A stretch of DNA of 64,000 nucleotides from Candidatus Coprenecus stercorigallinarum (GTDB lineage Bacteria; Bacteroidota; Bacteroidia; Bacteroidales; UBA932): positions 9,996-73,995 of the forward strand of contig DVIL01000014.1 in assembly GCA_018711305.1 (NCBI GenBank). The letters are read 5' to 3'. A program made the translations under genes and the position numbers. Below the pieces are notes generated by a model. That model searched no databases. It saw only the letters and a list, made by a program, of their open reading frames with translations, and was not told the DNA's origin. Of the stretch, positions 39,533-48,321 are shown in pieces. Each line of letters starts with the position of its first letter. The first letter of the stretch is position 1.

Positions 39533-39569
39533 CCTTTCCAAAGTAATTTTGTGAGAGAAGATTTAGAGA

Positions 39570-39606
39570 GGACGGCCCGGAAAATCCGGATGGGCCGCCC
39601 TTTTTT
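39570..39606. terminator. hairpin plus T-run between convergent trx and beta-propeller genes
   Basis: GGACGGCCCGGAAAATCCGGATGGGCCGCCC followed by TTTTTT. Confidence 0.6.
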
Positions 39607-39687
39607 GTTTGCAACGGTAAGCAGTGTTGCCCTCTGATTGCCCATCCGGTTGCGGTTCCGACGTTCCCCGACAGCAGTTTCCCGGTC

Positions 39688-40758
39688 TCACAGCTGCAGC
39701 CTCCCGAGCCGCAGCCTGCCGTCCCTGTCCTTGGTCACGGCATAGACGGTATTCTCCTTTTCGTCGCAGCACAGCCGTCCGATCTCCATGCCTGTGGAAA
39801 TCAGCTCTATCGGCTGTCCGTCCCATCCGAATACGGCCACTCGGGTGAACATGGGAGCGTCTTCCGGCATATATTTGACCTTGTTGATGCCGTCGTAGGC
39901 AGTGTAGATCCTGTCATTCCCGGCGAAGATGTCCCGAAAGCCCAGTCTGGACTGCTCCATGTGCTCATAGTGGTGGCTGCGGTGATTGTGCCTCAGGAGT
40001 ATTTTGACCAGCGGCTCGATGTACCTGTTCAGGCTTATGAGCCGGATGGAGTCCCTGATGCTGTAGGTCTCCAGAATGGCTCCCCTCCATGTCCCGAAGA
40101 CGGCTTTGCTTCCGTCCGGGGAGACATCGCCGCTGACCGTGCTGTAGACACATTCTCCCAGATAGGGATTTTCTATCGGACGGATATCGGAGGCGGAGAC
40201 GATCCGGCCGAGGCTTTTGTCATAAAGTTCCAGCCGGGACGTGCCTGAGAGCGAATCTGTGTAGGTGTTGTTGAGGTACAGGTACCGTTCTCCGAAATCC
40301 CATATCAGGGTGTTGCTCCACGGTCTTACTATCATGCTCTGACTCACTGTGGGTACGTCCTCCCTCAGCATGTCGTCTACGCTGAAACGCAGCACCTTGT
40401 TGTCAAGCCGGTCCATATAGGACATGGTTCCCTTCATAAACGTGGTCATCTCGTATCCGGTGTATGTCCTCCCCGGAGCACCTCCGAACTGGATGGAACT
40501 CATGAGCCTTTCGCCGCTCTCCTTGCTGTAGACGTGGAAGGTGTTGCCGCTGACGGTGTCGTGTCCGCAGACGAGGATGCAATCTCCGTAAATGTGGATG
40601 TCACCGATCGAACTCATGGGCAGCGGCTCGCCGATAAGCTCGAAGCCGGCGGTGCGTTCCGAGAGGAATTCCGGCTCGCGGTACCCGTTGCCGTCCTCGC
40701 AGGAAAGGCATGCCGCGGCGGCTAAAATGGGCAGTATGGGCTTTGCAAAAGTTCTCAT
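39688..40758 (-). CDS. 6-bladed beta-propeller lipoprotein (BF3164-like family)
   Basis: Lipobox AACLSC. Composition resembles Bacteroidales 6-bladed propeller lipoproteins. Start at ATG 40758, just after the -7 box. Confidence 0.6.
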   Translation of the reverse strand: MRTFAKPILPILAAAACLSCEDGNGYREPEFLSERTAGFELIGEPLPMSSIGDIHIYGDCILVCGHDTVSGNTFHVYSKESGERLMSSIQFGGAPGRTYTGYEMTTFMKGTMSYMDRLDNKVLRFSVDDMLREDVPTVSQSMIVRPWSNTLIWDFGERYLYLNNTYTDSLSGTSRLELYDKSLGRIVSASDIRPIENPYLGECVYSTVSGDVSPDGSKAVFGTWRGAILETYSIRDSIRLISLNRYIEPLVKILLRHNHRSHHYEHMEQSRLGFRDIFAGNDRIYTAYDGINKVKYMPEDAPMFTRVAVFGWDGQPIELISTGMEIGRLCCDEKENTVYAVTKDRDGRLRLGRLQL

Positions 40759-40762
40759 TTGC

Positions 40763-40770
40763 CAAATATA
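40763..40770 (-). promoter_or_regulatory. candidate -7 box (TATATTTG) for the beta-propeller lipoprotein gene; leaderless geometry
   Basis: Perfect TAnnTTTG on the minus strand ending 4 nt before ATG 40758. Confidence 0.4.
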
Positions 40771-40809
40771 CGGTTTTCTCTCCACAATGAAAAATGCTAT
40801 TTTCGCGGT

Positions 40810-41703
40810 ATGAAAAGAGGTCTGCTGATATATCCCTCCACGACTCCGAGGGGGAACAATGCCTTCGGCTGGTTCCGGGAGGCGGCAGCCCGTTACGGGA
40901 TGGAACTCGAAGTGCTGTTCTATGACTCTTCCGGGGCGGGTGCACTTGCCGGTGCTCCTGCGTGGACTCCGGATTTCGTGCTGATGCGCGGGTACAATAC
41001 CGCATTGTCGCGGTGGTACGAGGCTCAGGGGGTGACGGTGGTCAATTCCACGGACTCGATGATTCTGTGCCGGGACAAATACCGCTGCTCGGAGGTTTTA
41101 GCCGCAGCGGGAGTCCCGGTGCCAGGGGTATTGTCCCTGGCGGAGGCAGAGGGCGGTGCGGCATTTCCATTTATCCTGAAACTCAATTACGGCTCCAAGG
41201 GGGAGAATGTCTTTCTCATCGGCGACGAGCGGGAGTACAGGGAGGCTCTGGAGGCCTGCCGCATGGAGAAACAGCACCGTCTGGAGGAATTGTCGCGGGG
41301 CATAACCGAATTCGGGGAGACTCCGGAGGAAGTGGCTTACGGCTGCACTCCGGTGCTGCAGGAGTTCATAGCATCCAGCCGGGGCCGGGACATCCGGGTG
41401 TGGGTGACCGGAGACGAGGTTGCCGGGCACGTGCTCCGCTACAACGACCGCAGTTTCAAGTCCAATTTCGCCGCCGGCGGGTCCTTCCGCCAGATCCCGC
41501 TGCCGCCTGAAGCCGCTTCGACGGCCCTTGCCGCTGCCCGTGCCGCCGGCCTGTTCTTCGCCGGAGTGGACCTGCTCTTTGACGGACACGGCGGTTTCAA
41601 GGTCTGCGAGATCAACGGCAATGCCGGCTTCCGCACCGCCTCCTCCGACATCCCCGATGCACTGTTCAGAGCCCTGAGCCGGGCTTCAGGTCAGTCGGCG
41701 TGA
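40810..41703 (+). CDS. RimK-family ATP-grasp protein
   Basis: About 297 aa. ATP-grasp pattern (FPFILKLNYGSKGENVFLI ... FAGVDLLF ... VCEINGNAGF). Confidence 0.75.
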   Translation: MKRGLLIYPSTTPRGNNAFGWFREAAARYGMELEVLFYDSSGAGALAGAPAWTPDFVLMRGYNTALSRWYEAQGVTVVNSTDSMILCRDKYRCSEVLAAAGVPVPGVLSLAEAEGGAAFPFILKLNYGSKGENVFLIGDEREYREALEACRMEKQHRLEELSRGITEFGETPEEVAYGCTPVLQEFIASSRGRDIRVWVTGDEVAGHVLRYNDRSFKSNFAAGGSFRQIPLPPEAASTALAAARAAGLFFAGVDLLFDGHGGFKVCEINGNAGFRTASSDIPDALFRALSRASGQSA

Positions 41704-41757
41704 AATATTCGCCCGTGAAAAATTTCCCCATTGTTTCTTTTGATGGAAACAAAATGT

Positions 41758-41765
41758 TATATTTG
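41758..41765 (+). promoter_or_regulatory. candidate -7 box (TATATTTG) for the toxin-antitoxin pair
   Basis: Perfect TAnnTTTG, 29 nt upstream of ATG 41794. Confidence 0.45.
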
Positions 41766-41793
41766 CACCTGGATACAGATAAAAGCAAGGCTG

Positions 41794-42132
41794 ATGAAAC
41801 TTAAAGTAGTGTTGATGGAAGAGGCGGATGCCTTTATGTATTCGCTTCCGCGAAAGGCATATCAGAAAGTTGTGTATAACCTGCTTAAGGTAGAGAATGG
41901 AATCTTGGACAAAGAATTGTTCAAGAAGTTGGAAAATACGGAGATATGGGAATTGCGTACTTTGTTCAAGGGTCTCCAGTACAGGCTGTTTGCTTTTTGG
42001 GACACGGAAGAGTGTGCTCTTGTCATTGCCACACACGGTATTGTCAAGAAAACGCAGAAAACGCCGGCCAAAGAGATAGCAAAGGCGGAAAAGATACGGA
42101 AAGAATATTTTTATCACAAAAGACAAAAATAA
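41794..42132 (+). CDS. type II toxin, RelE/ParE superfamily (Gp49/HigB-like)
   Basis: 112 aa. IWELRTLFKGLQYRLFAFWD...VIATHGIVKKTQKTPAKEI is the Gp49-like pattern. Followed after 4 nt by an XRE HTH gene. Confidence 0.8.
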   Translation: MKLKVVLMEEADAFMYSLPRKAYQKVVYNLLKVENGILDKELFKKLENTEIWELRTLFKGLQYRLFAFWDTEECALVIATHGIVKKTQKTPAKEIAKAEKIRKEYFYHKRQK

Positions 42133-42136
42133 GAAG

Positions 42137-42469
42137 ATGGCACAGATGAAACTTACCCCTTTGAGTGAGCACATAGATAGGGCCTTCGGCAAACCAGGCA
42201 CTCCCGAACGCGATGCGATGGAGGCACAGCTGCAGGAGGATGTCCACGCCTACATGGTCGGAGAGGCCATCAGGAAGGCGCGTCAGGAGCAGCACCTGAC
42301 GCAAGAGGAACTGGGAGAGCGCATCGGTGTGCAGCGGGCACAGATATCCCGGCTGGAAAAGGGCAAAAGCGTCATTACCCTGCCCACAATGAGTCGGGTG
42401 TTCAAGGCCCTTGGTATAGATACGGGCATACTCGACTTGGGCAGTGCAGGCAAGGTGGCTCTGTGGTGA
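42137..42469 (+). CDS. XRE-family HTH antitoxin (HigA-like)
   Basis: 110 aa. IRKARQEQHLTQEELGERIGVQRAQISRLEKG HTH_3 pattern. Confidence 0.85.
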   Translation: MAQMKLTPLSEHIDRAFGKPGTPERDAMEAQLQEDVHAYMVGEAIRKARQEQHLTQEELGERIGVQRAQISRLEKGKSVITLPTMSRVFKALGIDTGILDLGSAGKVALW

Positions 42470-42473
42470 GCAT

Positions 42474-43580
42474 TCAGAAGCCCACCTGAAGCTGCGTGAT
42501 GAGCATGTGTGAGGACGGGATGCCGCTGTAGATGCCTTCGCTCTTACTGGAGCGCTGCTGATAGACGTATTGTGCCTGGAGGCGGCATTTGCGGTAGATG
42601 TTCCACTGCAGTCCGAAGATGTAGTTGCACTGCCAGTCGCTCAGGGCGACGTTCCGGTCCAGCCAGTCGACCGATGCCACGATGTCGAGAAAACGGGCAG
42701 GGGAGCCCACGAGGGTGGCGTATGCCCCCCGGCTTCTGACATCAGCGTCAAGTCCCTCCATGTATTCGCTCCGGAGATATACCGGCCCGGCCTTCAGTTC
42801 CGCACCTGCACTCCATCTGTTCCTCCGGTATGTCTCGCCTTCCCTGAAGCAGCCGTAGGGACTGTCCGCTTTGGCGGTACCTTCTCCGATGTAAACGGAA
42901 CCGTGCAGTTTGAGGAAGCTCACCGGCCTGAGAGCCAGGCTCGCGACGACATCCTTCCGGTTGTTGGTCTCGGCCGTATTGTACGGCTCTCCGCTGAACA
43001 CTCCGATGCGGTACTCGAAAAGATGGCGGCCGTCCTTCCCTATTTTCAGAAATGCACCTCCCGCTTCCAGACCCAGGTCCCTGCCGGCTCCTCCGCCGAA
43101 GCAGATGTCCGAGCCGTCGATGCCCGCGAGATACTGGACTGCCTGCGCTCCCTTTATGATTTCCAGGACGGAGGGAGACATATTGCTCTCGATAGAGAAG
43201 GGCGTCTTGTACTGCCCGAGCCGGATGTAGAACGCATCCACGGGGCGGTATCTGACGAACAGCTCGTGCAGTTTGAATTTGGACAAGTCGGCCATGAAAT
43301 AGAGGTCGAGATGTCTGACGGGCCTGATGTCGGCGATGATCATTGCCCTGTACAGATTGAACTTGTTGAAGGCTCCGTCATGCGCCATGTCGTAGGTGTC
43401 GTATTGGTAGCCGATCTGGGCATAGCCGCTTACGCTTACATTTTCCGAAAGGAAACGGAGAATCCCGCTGTACTTTGATCCGTTTGCATTATAGGTGCCG
43501 AGGGTGTCTGTTGCAGCCGAAGAGCTGAGGCATGCAGCTGCGGTCAGGATGAGGGAGATTACGGTGGCCTTGAGGTGCAT
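42474..43580 (-). CDS. outer-membrane porin (phosphate-selective porin O/P-like)
   Basis: 368 aa with a signal peptide. Alternating beta-strand pattern ending ...ITQLQVGF. Confidence 0.7.
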   Translation of the reverse strand: MHLKATVISLILTAAACLSSSAATDTLGTYNANGSKYSGILRFLSENVSVSGYAQIGYQYDTYDMAHDGAFNKFNLYRAMIIADIRPVRHLDLYFMADLSKFKLHELFVRYRPVDAFYIRLGQYKTPFSIESNMSPSVLEIIKGAQAVQYLAGIDGSDICFGGGAGRDLGLEAGGAFLKIGKDGRHLFEYRIGVFSGEPYNTAETNNRKDVVASLALRPVSFLKLHGSVYIGEGTAKADSPYGCFREGETYRRNRWSAGAELKAGPVYLRSEYMEGLDADVRSRGAYATLVGSPARFLDIVASVDWLDRNVALSDWQCNYIFGLQWNIYRKCRLQAQYVYQQRSSKSEGIYSGIPSSHMLITQLQVGF

Positions 43581-43632
43581 GGCTGTAGGTGTTGAGTCAG
43601 TTGTCCGGTTTTAGTGTCTGTTTAACAGGCGG

Positions 43633-43640
43633 CAAAAATA
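43633..43640 (-). promoter_or_regulatory. candidate -7 box (TATTTTTG) for the porin gene
   Basis: Perfect TAnnTTTG on the minus strand, 53 nt upstream of ATG 43580. Confidence 0.4.
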
Positions 43641-43803
43641 GCAAAACCTCCGGAATATGCAACTGCCATTTGGGCCCTTGTTTGCCTAAGTGCCGGAATG
43701 AGGGGTCGCGCAGCAGCGGGTGTCGGAAGGTGCCGATGAAATGCCGCTTTAGTCGGCACCTTCTTGGAAAGGATGCGGTGGATATTCAGGTGATACTTTT
43801 TCT

Positions 43804-43811
43804 TATCTTTG
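43804..43811 (+). promoter_or_regulatory. candidate -7 box (TATCTTTG)
   Basis: Perfect TAnnTTTG, 28 nt upstream of ATG 43839. Confidence 0.45.
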
Positions 43812-43838
43812 CCACCCGAAAACTTAAAATGATTTTGT

Positions 43839-44642
43839 ATGAAACTAAAATGTATCTTTGCCGCCTTATTGCTGGGCGGAAACCTTTTCGCGCAAACACC
43901 TGCCGACAGCGTGACGATTCAGGGTACGGTAACTGATTTCAATGGCGTTCCAGCCAAAGGTTGCACCGTGATGTGGCAAGACCCTTCCTTCAACGACGTG
44001 ATTCAAGTCTTGACCGATTCGCGAGGACGTTATTCCGCCCGTATTCCCAAAGGAAAATATCAAAGTATGGCAGCTTGCCCGATGGATGTTTATCCTCATA
44101 CAGCCAAGGCGGATGTTCCCGATGCAGACCAACGGCTGGAGTTTTGGGCCTGGGATTTTATCGCCGACCGTGACACCACGCTTGATATCCGTTTCCACAG
44201 AATGGAAGTGTATGGTCTGCGTGCTTTTCATATTCCCGGCGGTATGCCGACTTACCAAATCTTTGTACGCCCGATGAGCTTGACCCGATTCCAGCAGATT
44301 ATGAAACAAGGCTATAATGCCAAGCACGGGGAAGACCTGAGCGGTATTCAGCAGGAAACCTCACGTAAGGATGCGCAAGGTGTCTTTACGGCTCCACACA
44401 CCGACCGGTTGCGAGTCACCGTATGGATAGACGGCGAGGAAGTGCCCGTGCTGATGAAGCAGGAAATCAAAGAATATTACGGAGCCGATGAATACGGAAA
44501 CGCCTACCTGCTGACCGTGGACCGTCCCAAACACACGACCGACCTGCCTTACCACGTATTCAAGGTGGAGTTGGAAGACATGGAATACGGCGAGCGAGGC
44601 GAAGGCTTATATTATATGGAGAAAGATTCGTATGTGAAATAA
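43839..44642 (+). CDS. exported protein with carboxypeptidase-regulatory-like domain
   Basis: 267 aa. Signal peptide, then VTIQGTVTDFNGVPAKGCTVMW. Confidence 0.65.
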   Translation: MKLKCIFAALLLGGNLFAQTPADSVTIQGTVTDFNGVPAKGCTVMWQDPSFNDVIQVLTDSRGRYSARIPKGKYQSMAACPMDVYPHTAKADVPDADQRLEFWAWDFIADRDTTLDIRFHRMEVYGLRAFHIPGGMPTYQIFVRPMSLTRFQQIMKQGYNAKHGEDLSGIQQETSRKDAQGVFTAPHTDRLRVTVWIDGEEVPVLMKQEIKEYYGADEYGNAYLLTVDRPKHTTDLPYHVFKVELEDMEYGERGEGLYYMEKDSYVK

Positions 44643-44649
44643 AATAGCT

Positions 44650-45077
44650 GTCCGAGGCTCCGACAGCACAAATCAGAATCCGTTGACCCTGAAGGCCGGC
44701 AACCCTTACCTGATGCCTGAGAAAGTACATTCGCTGGAGGCAGGCTATCAGTGGAAAAACGGAGGCACGATCATTCTCGGTTCGCTTTATTACCGCTATG
44801 TGACCGATAAGCTGACAACCGTGACCCGTTATGTGGACAACAACGTGCTGCTGACCACGACTGAGAATCTCGACAACAGTATGGCTGCAGGTGCGGAGGT
44901 GATAGTCGATGCCGAAGTGGGCAAGTGGCTGACATTCAACTTCAGCGGCAATCTGTTCTACAACCGGATAGATGCCTCCCGCCTCGGTTACGGCAGCGGC
45001 TGGAGCAGCGCTCTGACACCCGGGTGCTGTATTTTGGCGTGCAGTGGAATTTCGGTACGGCCGGCCGTCGTTTCTGA
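44650..45077 (+). pseudogene. C-terminal remnant of a TonB-dependent / outer-membrane beta-barrel receptor, frameshifted
   Basis: ...LKAGNPYLMPEKVHSLEAGYQW...FNFSGNLFYNRIDAS, then a frame change to ...VLYFGVQWNF. Plug and N-terminal barrel are absent. Confidence 0.7.
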
Positions 45078-45273
45078 TGTCCGGGAAAGGCCCTCCGGCT
45101 TTCTTCAAAATTCCTACAGAATCCTGCTCTATCTTTGCGCTGTTACGATAACTTTGCACCGAATTTGGAAATAGGCGCACTGACCGCCATTTTCGCCAAG
45201 GTGGGCGTGAAGGACATCAATTTCCACAAGGGACCGGTCAGTCCGAGTGTAGTGGCGGGCGAATAAACACGAG

Positions 45274-45990
45274 TCAGCTATTGTGGGTAATCCGTTCTTT
45301 TACTTTGTTCCATGCATTCGTATGGAAGAGGCAACAACGCTCCATTGTCCGGCACATTTCTTTGAAACGGCTTGCCGGAATCACAAAACTCAGCACATTG
45401 CTTTCTACATAGGGGCGCACGGAAGAGTCGAGCAGGCCTATAAACGTGCGGCGGCCGCCTATTCTGTTTTCTCTTACGGCCTGGGCCACGACCGATGAGC
45501 AGCCTGAACCGAAAATGCATGAGACCGCATCATCGGCGTTGTTGTCGAAGAATGCCCAAGTTGCCAGTCCTGACAGCATGTCGGGAGTAGCAAAGAACAA
45601 TATTCCTTCCATGGGCTCAAAACTCTTTGCGCGGTCAATCCGTATGAAATTGAGATATTTTTTAGTGGCCGGCCGTATATCAAGCCGTTCAATGCACGTT
45701 ATCACATCTTCCGGAGAAGCCTTGTAGCGTTCTTTCTGCGATACGAAGCCGGGAACATGCTCAGGCATCGGAGCAAAGGCGGTATAGAGCTTGCCTCCGC
45801 CACAACCGATGGTCTCGGCACTCAGGCTAAGCCCTTCCCCTTTTCTCGCAGCATCCATGCCCTTAAAGAGACAACCGTTTATCTTATCTGTATCTGCCAC
45901 CGGTTCGTTATCATAATAGAACAGAAGCGGAAGTTCCGCCGTTTCACCAAAAGCCTGACGGTACTTGCTGATGAATGTCTGAGTATCCAT
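45274..45990 (-). CDS. DUF169 domain-containing protein
   Basis: 238 aa from ATG 45990. ...IGCGGGKLY... and overall DUF169-like pattern. Confidence 0.65.
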   Translation of the reverse strand: MDTQTFISKYRQAFGETAELPLLFYYDNEPVADTDKINGCLFKGMDAARKGEGLSLSAETIGCGGGKLYTAFAPMPEHVPGFVSQKERYKASPEDVITCIERLDIRPATKKYLNFIRIDRAKSFEPMEGILFFATPDMLSGLATWAFFDNNADDAVSCIFGSGCSSVVAQAVRENRIGGRRTFIGLLDSSVRPYVESNVLSFVIPASRFKEMCRTMERCCLFHTNAWNKVKERITHNS

Positions 45991-46022
45991 ATCTTTTTTA
46001 GAATAAGTTGTTTTGTGCCGTA

Positions 46023-46461
46023 TCAGGCCGCTCTCTTGAACCGCATCCAGGTCCATTTGTGCCACAAGGTCTCCGGTGGGCCCTGTCTGTGGCGTGACAG
46101 CCACCATCTGCTCAGCAGCACCTGCAGCAGGAATACGGCGATTCCGATGAGCAGGCTGACCGTATCCTCCACAGAAATCTCCAGCCGAAATCCTTCCCTT
46201 CTCTTTTCTGCCTGTCATTCTGCAGGAAAAAGGTCAGACCGAAGAGCAGGGCGAAAATGGCGTAGGCCTTTCCCGCGAAAAGGGAGAAGGTCCCGTCCGC
46301 ACTATCCGGTCGAGCGTACCGAGCCATGCCGGTGCGTCCGTCGGATACACCGGATAGATAAAATGCTCCAGGTTGTGGACCAGTACAATGGCCATAACCG
46401 CGAATCCCCTCAGAGCGTCCACCGACTCAATCCGGGAAGAATTGTTTGCGGGATGTTTCAT
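46023..46461 (-). pseudogene. YeiB/DUF418-like acyltransferase-family membrane protein, N-terminal remnant with at least two frameshifts
   Basis: RIESVDALRGFAVMAIVLVHNLEHF continues in other frames (FAGKAYAIFALLFGLTFFL, then SLLIGIAVFLLQ) and stops after about 145 codons. Confidence 0.65.
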
Positions 46462-46620
46462 AGGTCTGCAAAGATAATCCTTTTGCCATATAGGTCGTCG
46501 CTTTGTCGCTGCCGGCCTCTTCCTCTTTCCGCAACGGCGGCGATTCCCGCGATTTAGTGCCGTTGTGGCAGGAGTAGTCTAATGGCATCGGTGTCGGCAG
46601 GTCGACTGACATGAGCAGGT

Positions 46621-47358
46621 TCACGGATTGAGCATGATGGTGTTGACGGTGCGTCCGCAGGAGGGGCCTTCGCGACGGGCGGAGAAGAAGCCGGGGTGGG
46701 TGTAGGTGTCGATACTGGCGGTGAGGATATGGCTGTCGGGGACACCGGCCCGGACCAGTGTCAGGCGGACGGCTTCCCAGAGGTCGATGTGGAAGCCTCC
46801 CTGCATCGTGCCGGGTATCTTAGGGCCACGGTCGGAGATAATCGGTCTGTCGGAGGAGTATATTCCGGAAAGTCCGGCTTCCGGAAAGCCTGCGTCGAGG
46901 AAGGCCCGGGCGACTTCGGGACCGACCTGGAAGCTGTCGGGGCCTATGCCGGGACCGATAACCGCTAAGATGTCGGCAGGGCGGGTTCCGAACTCGCTGG
47001 ACATCGCAGACAGGGTCTTCGCCGCGATTTTCAGCACCGTTCCCTTCCATCCGGAATGTACTGCGGCTACTGCCCGACGGATAGGATCGCACATCAGAAC
47101 CGGGATGCAGTCGGCAGTCCTGGCACCGATGGCAACCCCCGGCACGTCGGTTATCAGCGCATCAAAGCCTTCGAGGTCTTCCCGCGTGAGATCCGCCGAC
47201 TCCACCACGGCCACCCGGTCCCCGTGTACCTGATGTGCCTGCACCACATGCATGGGAAGCACGGCGTCCCTGAGCGGGGAGAATGCCGTCACGTCCGGGC
47301 TGATGCCGTAGCGCAGGAAGCCGGACAGGTCGTTGGACTTTATGCTGCTGATATTCAT
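46621..47358 (-). CDS. pgeF: peptidoglycan editing factor PgeF (YfiH / DUF152)
   Basis: 245 aa. AHQVHGDRV, ADCIPVL and HSGWKGT motifs. Confidence 0.9.
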   Translation of the reverse strand: MNISSIKSNDLSGFLRYGISPDVTAFSPLRDAVLPMHVVQAHQVHGDRVAVVESADLTREDLEGFDALITDVPGVAIGARTADCIPVLMCDPIRRAVAAVHSGWKGTVLKIAAKTLSAMSSEFGTRPADILAVIGPGIGPDSFQVGPEVARAFLDAGFPEAGLSGIYSSDRPIISDRGPKIPGTMQGGFHIDLWEAVRLTLVRAGVPDSHILTASIDTYTHPGFFSARREGPSCGRTVNTIMLNP

Positions 47359-47521
47359 GCTGCTGCTGTTAAATTATGCGGATTGGCGGTATTGCATTTA
47401 CATTTGCTTTGCTGTATGACTCCCAAATGAGACTTTATTATGTTGTCTTGTATGCTCATATTTTGTCTGTTGTTATCGCCATTATTCTATTTCTACATGT
47501 AATGTTTTCTTGCAAGGCTTG

Positions 47522-47926
47522 TTATTTCTTTCGGTACTTTTGATTACTGGCGTTAGGGTTATCAGGATTTGTCATTTCCAAATATCCGGCTTCAACCAAT
47601 GATGTTACATATTTTTCTCTGTTTTTGGTGTGCGAAGAAACTCCTACACGGTTTAAAATTTCTTTAGCACTTCTTGGAACGCTGCAAAATTGAATTATAT
47701 CTTTTTCTTTATTGGTTAATTTCCTTCGTTGAGGACTAGTGTCTAAGTCAGTGTCAGGGTTTGTCCTGATGGTGTCTAAGTCAGTGTCAGAATTTGCCTG
47801 GATAGTGTCTAAGTTTCCCTTTCTGGCTATCGTAATCAGAAACTCATGTGTCCTTTCGTCATTCTTGAACTCTACCTTGCTCATTTCGCCACGGTCTCTG
47901 AGTTGTAATATATCTTCTGTTGTCAT
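47522..47926 (-). pseudogene. internally deleted AlbA_2 / winged-helix putative DNA-binding protein
   Basis: The AlbA_2-like opening (EMSKVEFK) joins directly to a DTDLDT repeat linker and the C-terminal wHTH (EKDIIQFC...AKEILNRVG...YVTSLVEAGYLEM). At 134 aa it seems far shorter than full-length family members as I recall them. Confidence 0.55.
47739..47813. repeat. 33-bp tandem repeat, about 2.3 copies
   Basis: GTGTCTAAGTCAGTGTCAGGGTTTGTCCTGATG, repeated from 47772 and 47805. Encodes the DTDLDTI(R/Q)(T/A)N(P/S) repeats. Confidence 0.9.
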
Positions 47927-48113
47927 AATAATCAATTCTGGATTAGATGTGCCGCATAAACCCACACCCGGTCATAGCCGCCGTATAGGGGCTTTTAATG
48001 TCCGTATTCATCTTGCGTCTGTAAATTCTGAATTTACTGCAAAGTAACATAAAAATCCGGATAGACAGTCGTGGATTCACGAATAAAATATTTGCTCCTG
48101 GAAAAATAAGTTC

Positions 48114-48121
48114 TATCTTTG
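48114..48121 (+). promoter_or_regulatory. candidate -7 box (TATCTTTG) for the Met/Thr operon leader
   Basis: Perfect TAnnTTTG, 8 nt upstream of the leader ORF ATG and about 200 nt upstream of metX. Confidence 0.45.
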
Positions 48122-48129
48122 TCTCCGCA

Positions 48130-48210
48130 ATGAGAAAGCACTCCAACATATCCATGATGTCCATGCGAATGCATCGCTCTACGATGCATGGCTTTCTCTA
48201 TTGCCGGTAA
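48130..48210 (+). CDS. candidate Met-rich leader peptide (26 aa): MRKHSNISMMSMRMHRSTMHGFLYCR
   Basis: ATG...TAA ORF with 5 internal ATG codons out of 25. It overlaps a perfect 8-bp hairpin and sits upstream of metX-thrA-metY-asd. Confidence 0.4.
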   Translation: MRKHSNISMMSMRMHRSTMHGFLYCR

Positions 48211-48321
48211 GTCAGGCGGGATGCCGGCTCCGGCGCATTAAATCCAAAAATACATATCAAGTATTCCACAGGTCCGGATTCTGCCCCCGGGACTGGTTTG
48301 GATTTATCGTTACGGGCATCA

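Noticed and set aside
41794-42469. Toxin-antitoxin pair as a novel defence system
   Set aside because: This is a standard Gp49/HigB-like toxin with an XRE antitoxin. Nothing in the sequence or context is unusual.
48122-48321. SAM-I or SAM-II riboswitch upstream of metX
   Set aside because: The conserved SAM-I core strings (GGNGGAGGGA, AUGAA..CCNGCAACC, GGUGCUAA) are not recognisable. My memory of SAM-II is too weak for a call. The Met-rich leader ORF is the better-supported reading, but a covariance-model scan should still be run.
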